A stretch of 64,000 nucleotides of DNA, taken from an uncultured Defluviitaleaceae bacterium (GTDB taxonomy: Bacteria > Bacillota > Clostridia > Lachnospirales > CAYYRV01). Where the stretch lies: positions 17 to 64,016 of the forward strand of contig CAYYRV010000009.1 in the NCBI GenBank assembly GCA_964474135.1, in the 5' to 3' direction. Made by a program: the position numbers and the translations under genes. A model generated the notes under the pieces. The model searched no databases. It was not told the DNA's origin and saw only the letters and a list, made by a program, of their open reading frames with translations. This document shows positions 51,948 to 61,188 of the stretch, piece by piece (within the stretch, counting starts at the first letter, position 1; the number at the start of each line of letters is the position of its first letter).

Positions 51948-54058
51948 ATGGTAATAAATACTAACGTTTTAGCTATTAATTCACTTCATTGGATAGGCAT
52001 AAATAATAAAAAGATTGAAAAAGATTCAGAGAAACTATCTAGCGGTCTTAGGATAAATTCTGCAGCTGATGATGCCGCTGGGCTTGCTATTTCCTCTAAG
52101 ATGCGTGCACTTGTACGTGGTTTAAGCAGAGCTGACCAAAACGCCCTAGAAGGTATTTCTTTGATTCAAACCGCAGACGGTGCACTTGCAGAAATTAATA
52201 ATATGATTAACAGAGGTAGGGAACTTGCTATTTATGCGGCTACAGAAACACTAAACGACGATGATAGACAGAAGCTAGATGACGAGTTGCAGCAATTATT
52301 AGAAGAAATTGATACTATTTCGATTAAGACAGAGTTTAACAAAATTCCTGTTTTGTTAGGAAAGAGTAACCAAATAAATTCAGCTTCTAATACTAATAGT
52401 TCTACGCATATGCTTAATTCTGTTAGTAATAATAATTCCGTTGCGCCGTTTGCAGCTACACCGCCTACAAACCTAGCTGGCAGTATTAATGGTAGCGGTA
52501 CAATAACTATTACAAGCGGCGGTGTTTATGAAATAGATGCTAATTTTACTGGGACTATTAGAGTGAAAACAACAGATAATGTGCTTATTAAACAAACGTA
52601 TGCGAATGAATTAAATAATGTTTCTATTGTATGTGATGCCGGGTCAAAACTTTTTATTGAGGATTTAAATATTAAGCAAACTTCAGATATTTCAGCTATT
52701 GTATTTAATGGAATTGGAAATAGTTTAGAATTATTGGGAACTAACACATTGGTTAGTGATAGGCTTTCTGTTAGGGCAGTTATTAGCGTCCTACAAAATT
52801 CAGATGTTACTATTGATGGAGACGGAATATTAAATATTAATACAGCAATCGACTCATCAGGGGCAGGTATTGGTGGAAGCGGAACAAATGCAAATAAACA
52901 CGCTGGTACAATAACAATAAATGGCGGGAAAATAAATATTACCATTGGCAATGAATCACATGGAGCAGCTATTGGTGGAGGGCATTCAGGTCAAGGAGGG
53001 ACATTGAATTTTAATGGTGGTATAGTTACGATAATAGCAAGTGAAACTGCACATGCTGCTGCAATTGGAGGAGGCTGTGGTGGAGCTGGTGGTAATGTAA
53101 ACGTAAATAACACAGCGCGTATTATTATTGATGATAGAAGAACATCGAGTAATTATGGAGCTTCTATTGGTGGCGGTGGTTATACTAGCACAGGAGCAGG
53201 AGCTATATTAACGCAAACTGGTGGTGGTATAGAAGTATATGGCGGTTGGATAGGGGGAGGGAGAACTGGTAATGTTTTATTAGGGGATCCAGGTAAGATA
53301 ATATATACTGGTGGAAGTCTTGCGGTAAGTGGTCAAAACGTTAATATTACTACCCATGTAAAAGACCCGGTTGGCAATATTTTATTGCCTTTTGAATTTA
53401 GTACTTATACTCCAGGAGATATAATTAATTACGACTATCCAGCAGGCACAACTAAGACAGCAGTAGCTAACAATAATAGTAATATTGTTTTATGGCTTCT
53501 TGAAAATGTGACTCCGCCACAAACAAACCCGCCTTGGACTAATATTAAACCGTTAGCTCCCCCTTTTTCGGTGAATCCGCCAAATCCACCAAATCCACCA
53601 AATCCACCGAAGCCGCCAAATCCACCAAATCCACCGAATCCACCAAATCAAAACACTTATTCTGAAAAACATCTGTGGATTCAATCTGGTGCAAACGCCT
53701 CACAAGGCATGTTTATAACCCTACGTAGCATGGATACAAAAAGCTTAGGTATAGCTGATGAAAGCATTAGAACGCAAAAAGACGCAAGCAGAGCCATTAC
53801 ATCTTTTAGCGAAGCGGGAGATATTGTTTCAGCACACCGTTCCACCCTAGGGGCCAGCAGAACCGTCTTGAATCAACTATAAGATACGTTTCGCTAGCAG
53901 TCATAAATATGTCAGAATCTTTAAGCCGTATAATTGATACTGATATGGGTAGCCAAACAATGTCTTTATTTAAAGCACAAGTGTTAATGCAAGCTTCAAT
54001 AAGTATGTTTGTGCAAGCTAACAGTAATCCTAACGCTGTTTTACAGTTGCTTAAATAA
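51948..54058 (+). pseudogene. flagellin with large Gly-rich insert, frameshifted near 53850-53855 (pseudogene, phase variant or sequencing error)
   Basis: N-term MVINTN...KLSSGLRINSAADDAAGLAIS; C-term ...RSTLGA continues in another frame as QQNRLESTI...SRIIDTDM...QAN..PNAVLQLLK* (stop 54056-54058). Confidence 0.85.
53574..53645 (+). repeat. 9-bp tandem repeat x8 encoding (NPP)n
   Basis: AATCCACCA units with synonymous variants and one AAG. Confidence 0.95.
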
Positions 54059-54165
54059 TTAATATTATACTGCTTTTGTGGCAACAAAATATTTTTTTCA
54101 AATTTAAGACTAAAGCAGAATGTTATTGACATTTTTAGAAAAAGGTGTATTATTAAATAAAAGTT

Positions 54166-54266
54166 AATATTTCAATGGGGTGCTGATTTAAAATCGGCTG
54201 AGAGGGAATATGTTTTTATTCCTAACTCTTTAACCTGATCTGGGTAATTCCAGCGGAGGGAATGTT
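54166..54266 (+). ncRNA. TPP riboswitch
   Basis: GGGGTGC...GGCTGAGAG...AACCTGATCTGGGTAATTCCAGCGGAGGGAA upstream of thiamine-precursor genes. Confidence 0.93.
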
Positions 54267-54285
54267 TTAGCAATTGTTATTTTCT

Positions 54286-54310
54286 GCGTAGGGATTCCCT
54301 ACGCTTTTTT
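54286..54310 (+). terminator. TPP expression-platform terminator
   Basis: GCGTAGGG-ATT-CCCTACGC-T6. Confidence 0.85.
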
Positions 54311-54344
54311 ATTTTACTATAATATTTATAATAGGAGTGATTTT

Positions 54345-54647
54345 ATGAAAAAATTTGAGGCAAGTGTAGCTATTCAAGTATTACCAAAAGTAGAAGACTC
54401 AAAAGTTATTGAAATTGTAGACAAAGTAATAGAGTATATTAAGTCTACAGGGGTTAATACATATGTTTCACCTTTTGAAACTGTTGTAGAGGGTAACTTT
54501 GATGAATTAATGGAAATTGTAAAGCAGTGTCAGATTATATGTATTAATTCAGGAGCACCTAGTGTTATGTCATATATAAAGATTTCTTTTAATCCTAATA
54601 ACGGAGTGTTGACAATTGACGAAAAAGTGGCAAAACATCATAAATAA
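54345..54647 (+). CDS. thiamine-binding protein (DUF77/YkoF-like)
   Basis: ASVAIQVLP, VDKVIEYIKSTG, VSPFETVVEG. Confidence 0.88.
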   Translation: MKKFEASVAIQVLPKVEDSKVIEIVDKVIEYIKSTGVNTYVSPFETVVEGNFDELMEIVKQCQIICINSGAPSVMSYIKISFNPNNGVLTIDEKVAKHHK

Positions 54648-55380
54648 TGTTTACCCTGTTATATTTATATTTGCCATAATTCTTTTATGGTGGATTATAT
54701 GCATAATAGGTGCAGTGCCTGATTTTATGTTACCATCTCCCCAACAAGTTGTAAATGTGCTTATTTCTGAAAGATATATATTATTTGAGAATATGTTAGT
54801 CTCATTAAAAGAGGCATTTTTAGGGTTGGGAACTGCTATATTATCAGCATTTATTATATCGGTATTAATGGATAGGTTTCAGTTTTTTTATAGGGCAACT
54901 TATCCACTTTTAATACTAACGCAAACAATACCTACAATTGCAATTGCTCCTCTATTGGTATTATGGCTGGGGCATGGAATTTTACCTAAAATAGTATTAA
55001 TTTTTATTACATGCTTTTTCCCTCTTGCTATAGGTTTATTAACTGGGTTTAAATCAGTTGATGATGAGTTAATTGGGCTGTTTAAGTCTATGGGAGCCAA
55101 TTCTATACAAATATTGCTTCAAGTGAAGATCCCATCATCTCTGGATAACTTTTTTGCCGGATTAAAAATTGCTGCTACTTACTCAATAGTAGGTGCTGTA
55201 ATTTCAGAATGGCTTGGGGGTGATGGGGGACTTGGAGTATATATGACTAGAGTGAGAAAAGCATATGCTTTTGATAAAATGTTTGCTGTAATTTTTGTGA
55301 TAAGCATACTTAGTTTAATATTATTAAAAGCAGTTGACTTATTGCAGAAAAAACTAATGCCATGGAAAAAATTTTGTTAG
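54616..55380 (+). CDS. ABC permease, ThiX-like (HMP/thiamine precursor)
   Basis: FMLPSP, QTIPTIAIAPLL, GAVISEWLGG; under TPP riboswitch. Confidence 0.88.
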   Translation: MTKKWQNIINNVYPVIFIFAIILLWWIICIIGAVPDFMLPSPQQVVNVLISERYILFENMLVSLKEAFLGLGTAILSAFIISVLMDRFQFFYRATYPLLILTQTIPTIAIAPLLVLWLGHGILPKIVLIFITCFFPLAIGLLTGFKSVDDELIGLFKSMGANSIQILLQVKIPSSLDNFFAGLKIAATYSIVGAVISEWLGGDGGLGVYMTRVRKAYAFDKMFAVIFVISILSLILLKAVDLLQKKLMPWKKFC

Positions 55381-55390
55381 GATGTGTTTT

Positions 55391-56356
55391 ATGAAAAAAA
55401 TATTATTTATAGTTATAAGTTTTGTATTATTATGTGGGTGCAGCACACAAAAACAAAGTGATAATAATAAAAAGGATGTAACTGTTGTTTTGGACTGGAC
55501 ACCAAATACAAACCATACAGGTTTATATGTTGCACTTGAAAATGGTTACTACGAAGAAGCGGGGCTAAATGTATCTATAATACAACCTCCCGAAGATGGA
55601 GCAATAGCCTTAGTTTGTTCAAAAAAAGCTCAGTTTGGGGTAAGTTTTCAAGAAAGCATGGCGTTTGCATTACCATCTATCCCTGTAACAGCGGTTGCCT
55701 CAATAATTGACCATAATACATCGGGAATTATTTCAAAAAAGGAAAAAAATATCAGCAGCTTTAAAGAACTTGAAGGAAAAAAATATGCCACATGGGGCAC
55801 TCCATTTGAAAAATCTGCAATTTCGTATGCTATGGAGATAGAAGGCGGAGATATAAATAAAGTTGATTTTATACCATCTACTGTTACAGATGCTATTTCT
55901 GCAATTAATACAGATGTAGATGCTGTATGGGTATTTGAAGGTTGGGATGTAGTTGCCGCCGAATTAAATAATGTAGACTATAACTTTATAAGATTTAAAG
56001 ATGTATCAAGTGTATTAGATTTTTATACACCTATATTAATAGCAAATAATGATTTTCTTGAAAATGAACCTGAACTTACTAGAAAATTTTTAGAGGCAAC
56101 AAAAAAAGGATATGAGTTCACTATAGAAAATCCTGATAAAGCCACAGAAATATTAATAAAAGCCGCACCAGAGCTTTCCTATGATTTAGTTGAAAAAAGT
56201 CATGAGTTTCTTTCAAAACAGTATAAATCAGATAAAGCAGAGTGGGGTACTATCGACGAAAAGAGATGGAAGGACTTTTATGACTTTATGTATAATGAAG
56301 GATTAATAACAGAAGAAATTGGAAGTAAAGGTTTTACAAATGAGTTTTTAAAATAA
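55391..56356 (+). CDS. ABC substrate-binding lipoprotein, NMT1/ThiY-like
   Basis: lipobox LCGC, LDWTPNTNHTGLYVA, HNTSG. Confidence 0.9.
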   Translation: MKKILFIVISFVLLCGCSTQKQSDNNKKDVTVVLDWTPNTNHTGLYVALENGYYEEAGLNVSIIQPPEDGAIALVCSKKAQFGVSFQESMAFALPSIPVTAVASIIDHNTSGIISKKEKNISSFKELEGKKYATWGTPFEKSAISYAMEIEGGDINKVDFIPSTVTDAISAINTDVDAVWVFEGWDVVAAELNNVDYNFIRFKDVSSVLDFYTPILIANNDFLENEPELTRKFLEATKKGYEFTIENPDKATEILIKAAPELSYDLVEKSHEFLSKQYKSDKAEWGTIDEKRWKDFYDFMYNEGLITEEIGSKGFTNEFLK

Positions 56357-56391
56357 TATATTCGTATAAATATATTTATAAAGAGGTTGCT

Positions 56392-57138
56392 ATGGGGTTC
56401 TTAAAAGGAATAAATATAACAAAAAGTTATGATAATATACTTATTGTAGAGGATATTAATATAACTGCAAAAGAAGGAGAGCTTATTTCGCTTTTAGGTA
56501 AAAGCGGTGTTGGAAAATCAACATTGTTTAATATTCTAGCAGGTCTTTTACCCCCTGATAGCGGACAAGTTATTTTAAATAATGAGGATATAACAACAAA
56601 ATCAGGAAAAATAAGCTACATGCAGCAAAAAAATCTGCTTCTTCCATTTAAAACTATCATTGATAATGTCTGTATTCCTTTAATATTAAAAGATATTAAA
56701 AGGAAAGAAGCGTATGACATAGCCTATAGTTTTTTTGATGAATTTGGAATTTCTGGAAGTGAGTATAAATATCCCTCACAGCTTTCTGGAGGAATGCAAA
56801 AACGTGCATCGCTATTAAGAGCTTACTTATTTTCGAAAACCGTAATGCTTTTAGATGAGCCTTTCAGTGCTCTTGATTATATTACAAGAAGTTCTATGTA
56901 TAAATGGTTTAAGCTTATTACAAAAAAACATAATACCACATCTATTTTAATTACTCATGATATAGATGAAGCTATACTTCTTTCTGACAAAATCTATATA
57001 ATGGCTGGGAAACCGGGAAAAATAATAAATGAAATAGATATTGTACAATCTTCCTGCTATGATGAATTTATAGTATCAGAAGAATTTATTAGATATAAAA
57101 GGAATATTTTGGAGATTCTAAATAAAACATACATGTAA
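56392..57138 (+). CDS. ABC ATPase, ThiZ-like
   Basis: GKSGVGKST, LSGGMQKR, LLDEPFSALD, ITHDIDEA. Confidence 0.9.
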   Translation: MGFLKGINITKSYDNILIVEDINITAKEGELISLLGKSGVGKSTLFNILAGLLPPDSGQVILNNEDITTKSGKISYMQQKNLLLPFKTIIDNVCIPLILKDIKRKEAYDIAYSFFDEFGISGSEYKYPSQLSGGMQKRASLLRAYLFSKTVMLLDEPFSALDYITRSSMYKWFKLITKKHNTTSILITHDIDEAILLSDKIYIMAGKPGKIINEIDIVQSSCYDEFIVSEEFIRYKRNILEILNKTYM

Positions 57139-57149
57139 TTATCATGCTA

Positions 57150-57182
57150 AAACGTCCTCGATAACTTTTTGCGAGGACGTTT
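57150..57182 (+). terminator. terminator after the thiamine ABC operon
   Basis: AAACGTCCTCG/CGAGGACGTTT stem. Confidence 0.6.
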
Positions 57183-57333
57183 GTTAAAGCTTCTAATGAA
57201 AAACTTATAAATTTTTTTATAAAATAATTGACATACTTTAGTATATGTGCTAACATCATTTAATGTAGACGTTCGTGTAGGTCTTTTTTTTATGCGTTCG
57301 ATTAGGGTATTATCTATAGGAGAGGTGAATATT

Positions 57334-57483
57334 GTGAGAGCAAAAATTACTTTAGCTTGTACAGATTGCAAACAAAGAAATTATAACACTACAAAAGAAA
57401 AGAAAAATCATCCTGACCGTATGGAAACAAAAAAATATTGTCGTTTTTGTAACAAACATACTGTACACAGAGAAACAAAATAA
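57334..57483 (+). CDS. rpmG: 50S ribosomal protein L33 (Zn form)
   Basis: [16 protein letters not shown]...[17 protein letters not shown]; GTG 57334 after GAGGTG. Confidence 0.95.
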   Translation: MRAKITLACTDCKQRNYNTTKEKKNHPDRMETKKYCRFCNKHTVHRETK

Positions 57484-57522
57484 TAATGTTATACAGTCAG
57501 TAAAAAGGGTGTGAAGTATAAT

Positions 57523-57795
57523 ATGGATGAAAACCAAAAGGCTGTAAATGAAAAAGAGAAAAGTTCAAAGGATAACCATTCCAATAAGAACAAAGACTCA
57601 AAAAAGTCTATTAAATCAAACTTTAATGATTTAGTAGGAGAATTTCGCAAATTAATATGGCCTTCAAAAAAAGAATTGGTAAAAAAGACAGCTACAGTTA
57701 TAGTAACTTCCCTGTTAGTAGGAGTTATTATTGTTTCTATGGATGCTGTTTATGGTTTTGCCTTAAATACTTTTTCTGAATTAATTGCTAAGTAA
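57523..57795 (+). CDS. secE: preprotein translocase SecE
   Basis: EFRKLIWPSKKEL plus TM; rpmG-secE-nusG synteny. Confidence 0.9.
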   Translation: MDENQKAVNEKEKSSKDNHSNKNKDSKKSIKSNFNDLVGEFRKLIWPSKKELVKKTATVIVTSLLVGVIIVSMDAVYGFALNTFSELIAK

Positions 57796-57880
57796 TAGTT
57801 TTGTTTCCGTATATTAGAATATAGTTTTAATTCAATGTTATACGATGAAATAATAGGTTAATAAGTTAGAGGTCGATAAT

Positions 57881-58399
57881 ATGTCGGAACAATCCAAATG
57901 GTATGTTGTGCATACTTATTCAGGATATGAAAATAAAGTAAAGGCTAATATTGAAAAAATTATAGAAAATAGAAATATGCAAGACCAAATTCATCAGGTT
58001 ATTGTACCAATGCAAGATTCTGTTGAACTTAAAAACGGTCAAAAAAAGCTTACACAAAGAAAAGTTTTTCCTGGATATGTTTTATTAAAAATGTTTATGA
58101 ACGACGATACTTGGTATGTTGTCAGAAACACAAGGGGAGTAACAAGTTTCGTTGGACCCGGCTCCAAGCCTGTTCCTTTGACAGATGACGAAGTTAATGC
58201 TATGGGTATTGAAATAGAACGAAAAACAATTGACCTTTCTATTGGTGAAGCTGTTAGAGTTAATACAGGGCCTTTTGAGGATTCTGTTGGAGTTATTAAG
58301 GAAATTAATGAGCACAAAAAAACTGTTATTGTTAAGCTTTCTATTTTTGGCAGAGAAACTCCCGTTGAACTTGATTTTCTTCAAGTACAGCGAGTTTAA
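57881..58399 (+). CDS. nusG: transcription termination/antitermination factor NusG
   Basis: WYVVHTYSGYENKVK, FPGYV, KOW GPFED, IFGRETPVEL. Confidence 0.97.
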   Translation: MSEQSKWYVVHTYSGYENKVKANIEKIIENRNMQDQIHQVIVPMQDSVELKNGQKKLTQRKVFPGYVLLKMFMNDDTWYVVRNTRGVTSFVGPGSKPVPLTDDEVNAMGIEIERKTIDLSIGEAVRVNTGPFEDSVGVIKEINEHKKTVIVKLSIFGRETPVELDFLQVQRV

Positions 58400-58460
58400 T
58401 TATATTTACGTTTGGGCTCTTAGTCCAAGCTATATCTGTTTGAATGCACTTTTTTAGTGC

Positions 58461-58489
58461 GTGGGAGGGAAAATCCCGTTAATTACCAC
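58461..58489 (+). ncRNA. L1-binding leader upstream of rplK
   Basis: GTGGGAGGG...CCCG...ACCAC. Confidence 0.7.
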
Positions 58490-58508
58490 ATTTTTAGGAG
58501 GTGCCGTT

Positions 58509-58934
58509 ATGGCGAAAAAAGTTACAGGTTATATTAAGTTACAAATTAATGCTGGTAAGGCAACACCAGCTCCACCAGTAGGTCCTGCATTAGGTCAGCA
58601 TGGTGTAAACATTATGGGCTTTTGTAAAGAATTTAATGAAAGAACACAGTCACAAGTTGGTCTTGTTATACCTGTTGTTATAACTGTATATCAAGATAAA
58701 AGTTTTACATTTATTACTAAAACTCCACCGGCTGCAGTTTTGTTGAAAAAAGCTTGTAAAATTGAGTCAGGCTCCGGAGTTCCAAATAAAACAAAGGTTG
58801 CAACTATTACTAAAGATGAACTTAAAAAAATAGCTGAAACAAAAATGCCTGATTTAAACGCTGCTTCTATAGACGCTGCTATAAGCATGATTGCTGGTAC
58901 TGCAAGAAGTATGGGTATTGTAGTTAAAGACTAA
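58509..58934 (+). CDS. rplK: 50S ribosomal protein L11
   Basis: [30 protein letters not shown]. Confidence 0.97.
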   Translation: MAKKVTGYIKLQINAGKATPAPPVGPALGQHGVNIMGFCKEFNERTQSQVGLVIPVVITVYQDKSFTFITKTPPAAVLLKKACKIESGSGVPNKTKVATITKDELKKIAETKMPDLNAASIDAAISMIAGTARSMGIVVKD

Positions 58935-59036
58935 TTTTGGTAATCTAAGCATGTAATAATGGAGTAGACGATTGTTTCGGAACTCATGTCAATTTATTTA
59001 ATTGGCATAAAAACCTATAAAAAATATAGGTTCTAA

Positions 59037-59066
59037 GTGGGAGGGAAACACTCCCGATACTACCAC
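59037..59066 (+). ncRNA. L1-binding site upstream of rplA
   Basis: second GTGGGAGGG...CCCG...ACCAC. Confidence 0.7.
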
Positions 59067-59082
59067 ACAAGGAGGATTTTTA

Positions 59083-59778
59083 ATGAAAAGAGGAAAGAAA
59101 TATATAGAGAAGGCAAAACTAGTTAACAGAGAAAACTTATATGATACTGTTGAAGCTGTTGATTTAGTTCAAAAAACTTCTGGAGCAAAATTTGATGAGA
59201 CTGTTGAAGCACATATTCGCCTCGGAGTAGATTCAAGACATGCAGACCAACAAGTTCGTGGTGCAGTTGTATTGCCTCATGGTACAGGTAAAAAAGTTCG
59301 TGTTTTAGTTTTTGCAAAAGGTGACAAAGCAAGTGAGGCTGAAGCAGCAGGTGCTGATTATGTTGGTGCTGAAGAGCTTGTTGCAAAAATACAAGGTGAA
59401 AACTGGTTTGAATTCGATGTTGTTGTTGCAACTCCTGATATGATGGGTGTTGTTGGACGTATTGGTAGAGTTTTAGGTCCTAAAGGTCTTATGCCAAACC
59501 CTAAAGCTGGTACTGTTACAATGGACGTTTCAAAAGCTGTTCAAGATATTAAAGCAGGTAAAATTGAATACCGCCTTGACAAAACTAACATTATTCATGT
59601 TCCTATTGGAAAAGTTTCATTTGGTACAGAAAAATTAAAAGAAAACTTTGAAGTATTAATGAGTGCAGTTATCAAGGCTAAACCTTCTGCTGCAAAAGGT
59701 CAATATTTAAAAAGTGTTGTTATCTCTTCAACAATGGGACCTGGCGTAAAAATTAATACTCTTAAAATATCAGAATAA
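59083..59778 (+). CDS. rplA: 50S ribosomal protein L1
   Basis: [32 protein letters not shown]. Confidence 0.97.
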   Translation: MKRGKKYIEKAKLVNRENLYDTVEAVDLVQKTSGAKFDETVEAHIRLGVDSRHADQQVRGAVVLPHGTGKKVRVLVFAKGDKASEAEAAGADYVGAEELVAKIQGENWFEFDVVVATPDMMGVVGRIGRVLGPKGLMPNPKAGTVTMDVSKAVQDIKAGKIEYRLDKTNIIHVPIGKVSFGTEKLKENFEVLMSAVIKAKPSAAKGQYLKSVVISSTMGPGVKINTLKISE

Positions 59779-59790
59779 TTAAAAAAACTA

Positions 59791-59819
59791 TTGACAAACT
59801 TGTCATTTAGATATATACT
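59791..59819 (+). promoter_or_regulatory. sigma-A promoter of rplJL
   Basis: TTGACA-N17-TATACT. Confidence 0.75.
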
Positions 59820-59832
59820 TGCAAAGTTCATA

Positions 59833-59923
59833 TTGCCGTAGACAGTAGGTGCTATTTAGCGTAAATCCTACCGAGGAATCGTTTATATTATACCTCTTTG
59901 TCTTTCGGCATGGAGGTTTTTGT
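59833..59923 (+). ncRNA. L10 leader
   Basis: CCGTAGACAGTAGGTGC...TAAATCCTACCGAGG plus downstream attenuator hairpin with T-tract. Confidence 0.85.
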
Positions 59924-59957
59924 ATTCTCCATAAAAATCAATAAGGAGGTGTATTCA

Positions 59958-60452
59958 ATGCCAAAAATTGAAAAAAAGCAAGTTGTTGTAAACGAAATAA
60001 AAGAAAAACTTGAGAAAGCAAAGTCTGTTATTATGGTTGACCCTAGAGGGCTTTCTGTTGAACAGGATACTATTCTCAGAAAAAAATTACGTGATGCAGG
60101 AGTTGACTATAAAGTATATAAAAATACTATGGTTAACTTTGCTATACAAGGAACTTCTTTTGAAGGGCTTAAAGATTATCTCGAAGGTCCTAGTGCTTTT
60201 GCTTTTTGTTACGACGATATTATGGCTGCAGCACGTATTATAAGCAAAGAGCTTAAAGGTATGCCAGCTTTAGAGTTTAAAGCCGGTGTAGTAGAAGATG
60301 TAGTTTATAATGCAGAAGGAATTAAAGCTGTTGCAGAAATTCCATCAAGAGAAGAACTTCTTTCAAAACTTCTTGGTTCATTCAAATCGCCAATGTCTTC
60401 ATTTGCTAGAGTTATCAATGCAATTGCTGAACAAAAAGGTGAAACAGCATAA
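59958..60452 (+). CDS. rplJ: 50S ribosomal protein L10
   Basis: RGLSVEQ...LRKKLR...YKVYKNT, IPSREELL; ATG 59958 after AAGGAGG. Confidence 0.96.
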   Translation: MPKIEKKQVVVNEIKEKLEKAKSVIMVDPRGLSVEQDTILRKKLRDAGVDYKVYKNTMVNFAIQGTSFEGLKDYLEGPSAFAFCYDDIMAAARIISKELKGMPALEFKAGVVEDVVYNAEGIKAVAEIPSREELLSKLLGSFKSPMSSFARVINAIAEQKGETA

Positions 60453-60492
60453 ATTAAAAACTTTATTTATAAAAAATTCGGAGGTGCTATAA

Positions 60493-60867
60493 ATGGCAAA
60501 ATTATCAATTGATGAAATTATCGAAGCTGTAAAAGAGCTTTCTGTTTTAGAATTAAATGACTTAGTAAAAAAAGCTGAAGAAGAGTTTGGCGTATCAGCA
60601 GCAGCAGGTATGGTTGTTGCAGCAGGTGCAGGTGCGGCTGAAGCAGCGGAAGAAAAAACTGAGTTTGATGTTGAACTTACATCTGCTGGTGCAGAAAAAA
60701 TCAAAGTTATTAAAGTAGTTAGAGAAATTACTGGTCTTGGACTTAAAGAAGCTAAAGAATTAGTAGACGGTGCTCCTAAACTTGTTAAAGAAGCTGTTTC
60801 TAAAGAGGAAGCCGAATCTGTTCAAGCTAAACTTACTGAAGTTGGTGCACAAGTAACTTTAAAATAA
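60493..60867 (+). CDS. rplL: 50S ribosomal protein L7/L12
   Basis: [29 protein letters not shown]. Confidence 0.97.
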   Translation: MAKLSIDEIIEAVKELSVLELNDLVKKAEEEFGVSAAAGMVVAAGAGAAEAAEEKTEFDVELTSAGAEKIKVIKVVREITGLGLKEAKELVDGAPKLVKEAVSKEEAESVQAKLTEVGAQVTLK

Positions 60868-60895
60868 TTTTTTAAATAAAAAATTTAACAATTAC

Positions 60896-61000
60896 TTTTG
60901 GCTCTATCAGCTCTAAACCCAAACTTCTTTCTTGAAAGAAAAAAGCAAAGAACCTTTAATAGAATGTCGCAAAGCGACATTCTATTGTTAAAGTTTTTGT
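60896..61000 (-). repeat. family A repeat lacking hairpin 1 (H2-H4)
   Basis: reverse complement AAAAACTTTAACAATAGAATGTCGCTTTGCGACATTCTATTAAAGGTTCTTTGCTTTTTTCTTTCAAGAAAGAAGTTTGGGTTTAGAGCTG, colinear with 49458-49560. Confidence 0.85.
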
Positions 61001-61007
61001 ATAAAAT

Positions 61008-61043
61008 AAAAATCTGACAATCAAATAAATTGTCAGATTTTTT
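61008..61043. terminator. bidirectional terminator between rplL and the capD-like gene
   Basis: AAAAATCTGACAAT/ATTGTCAGATTTTTT. Confidence 0.75.
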
Positions 61044-61090
61044 GTTGCCTTCAATTAATATTTTAAAATTTAAGTATTGAAATATAAAAG

Positions 61091-61150
61091 GTAGAGAATC
61101 TCACAAAAATCTTTCAAAAGAAACATTCCATGTTAAAGTTTTTTGAAGGA
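61091..61150 (-). repeat. family A degenerate fragment
   Basis: reverse complement CCTTCAAAAAACTTTAACATGGAATGTTTCTTTTG. Confidence 0.6.
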
Positions 61151-61188
61151 TTTTGAGTGTCCAATGTTTCTCACTGATTTTGTTAAAT

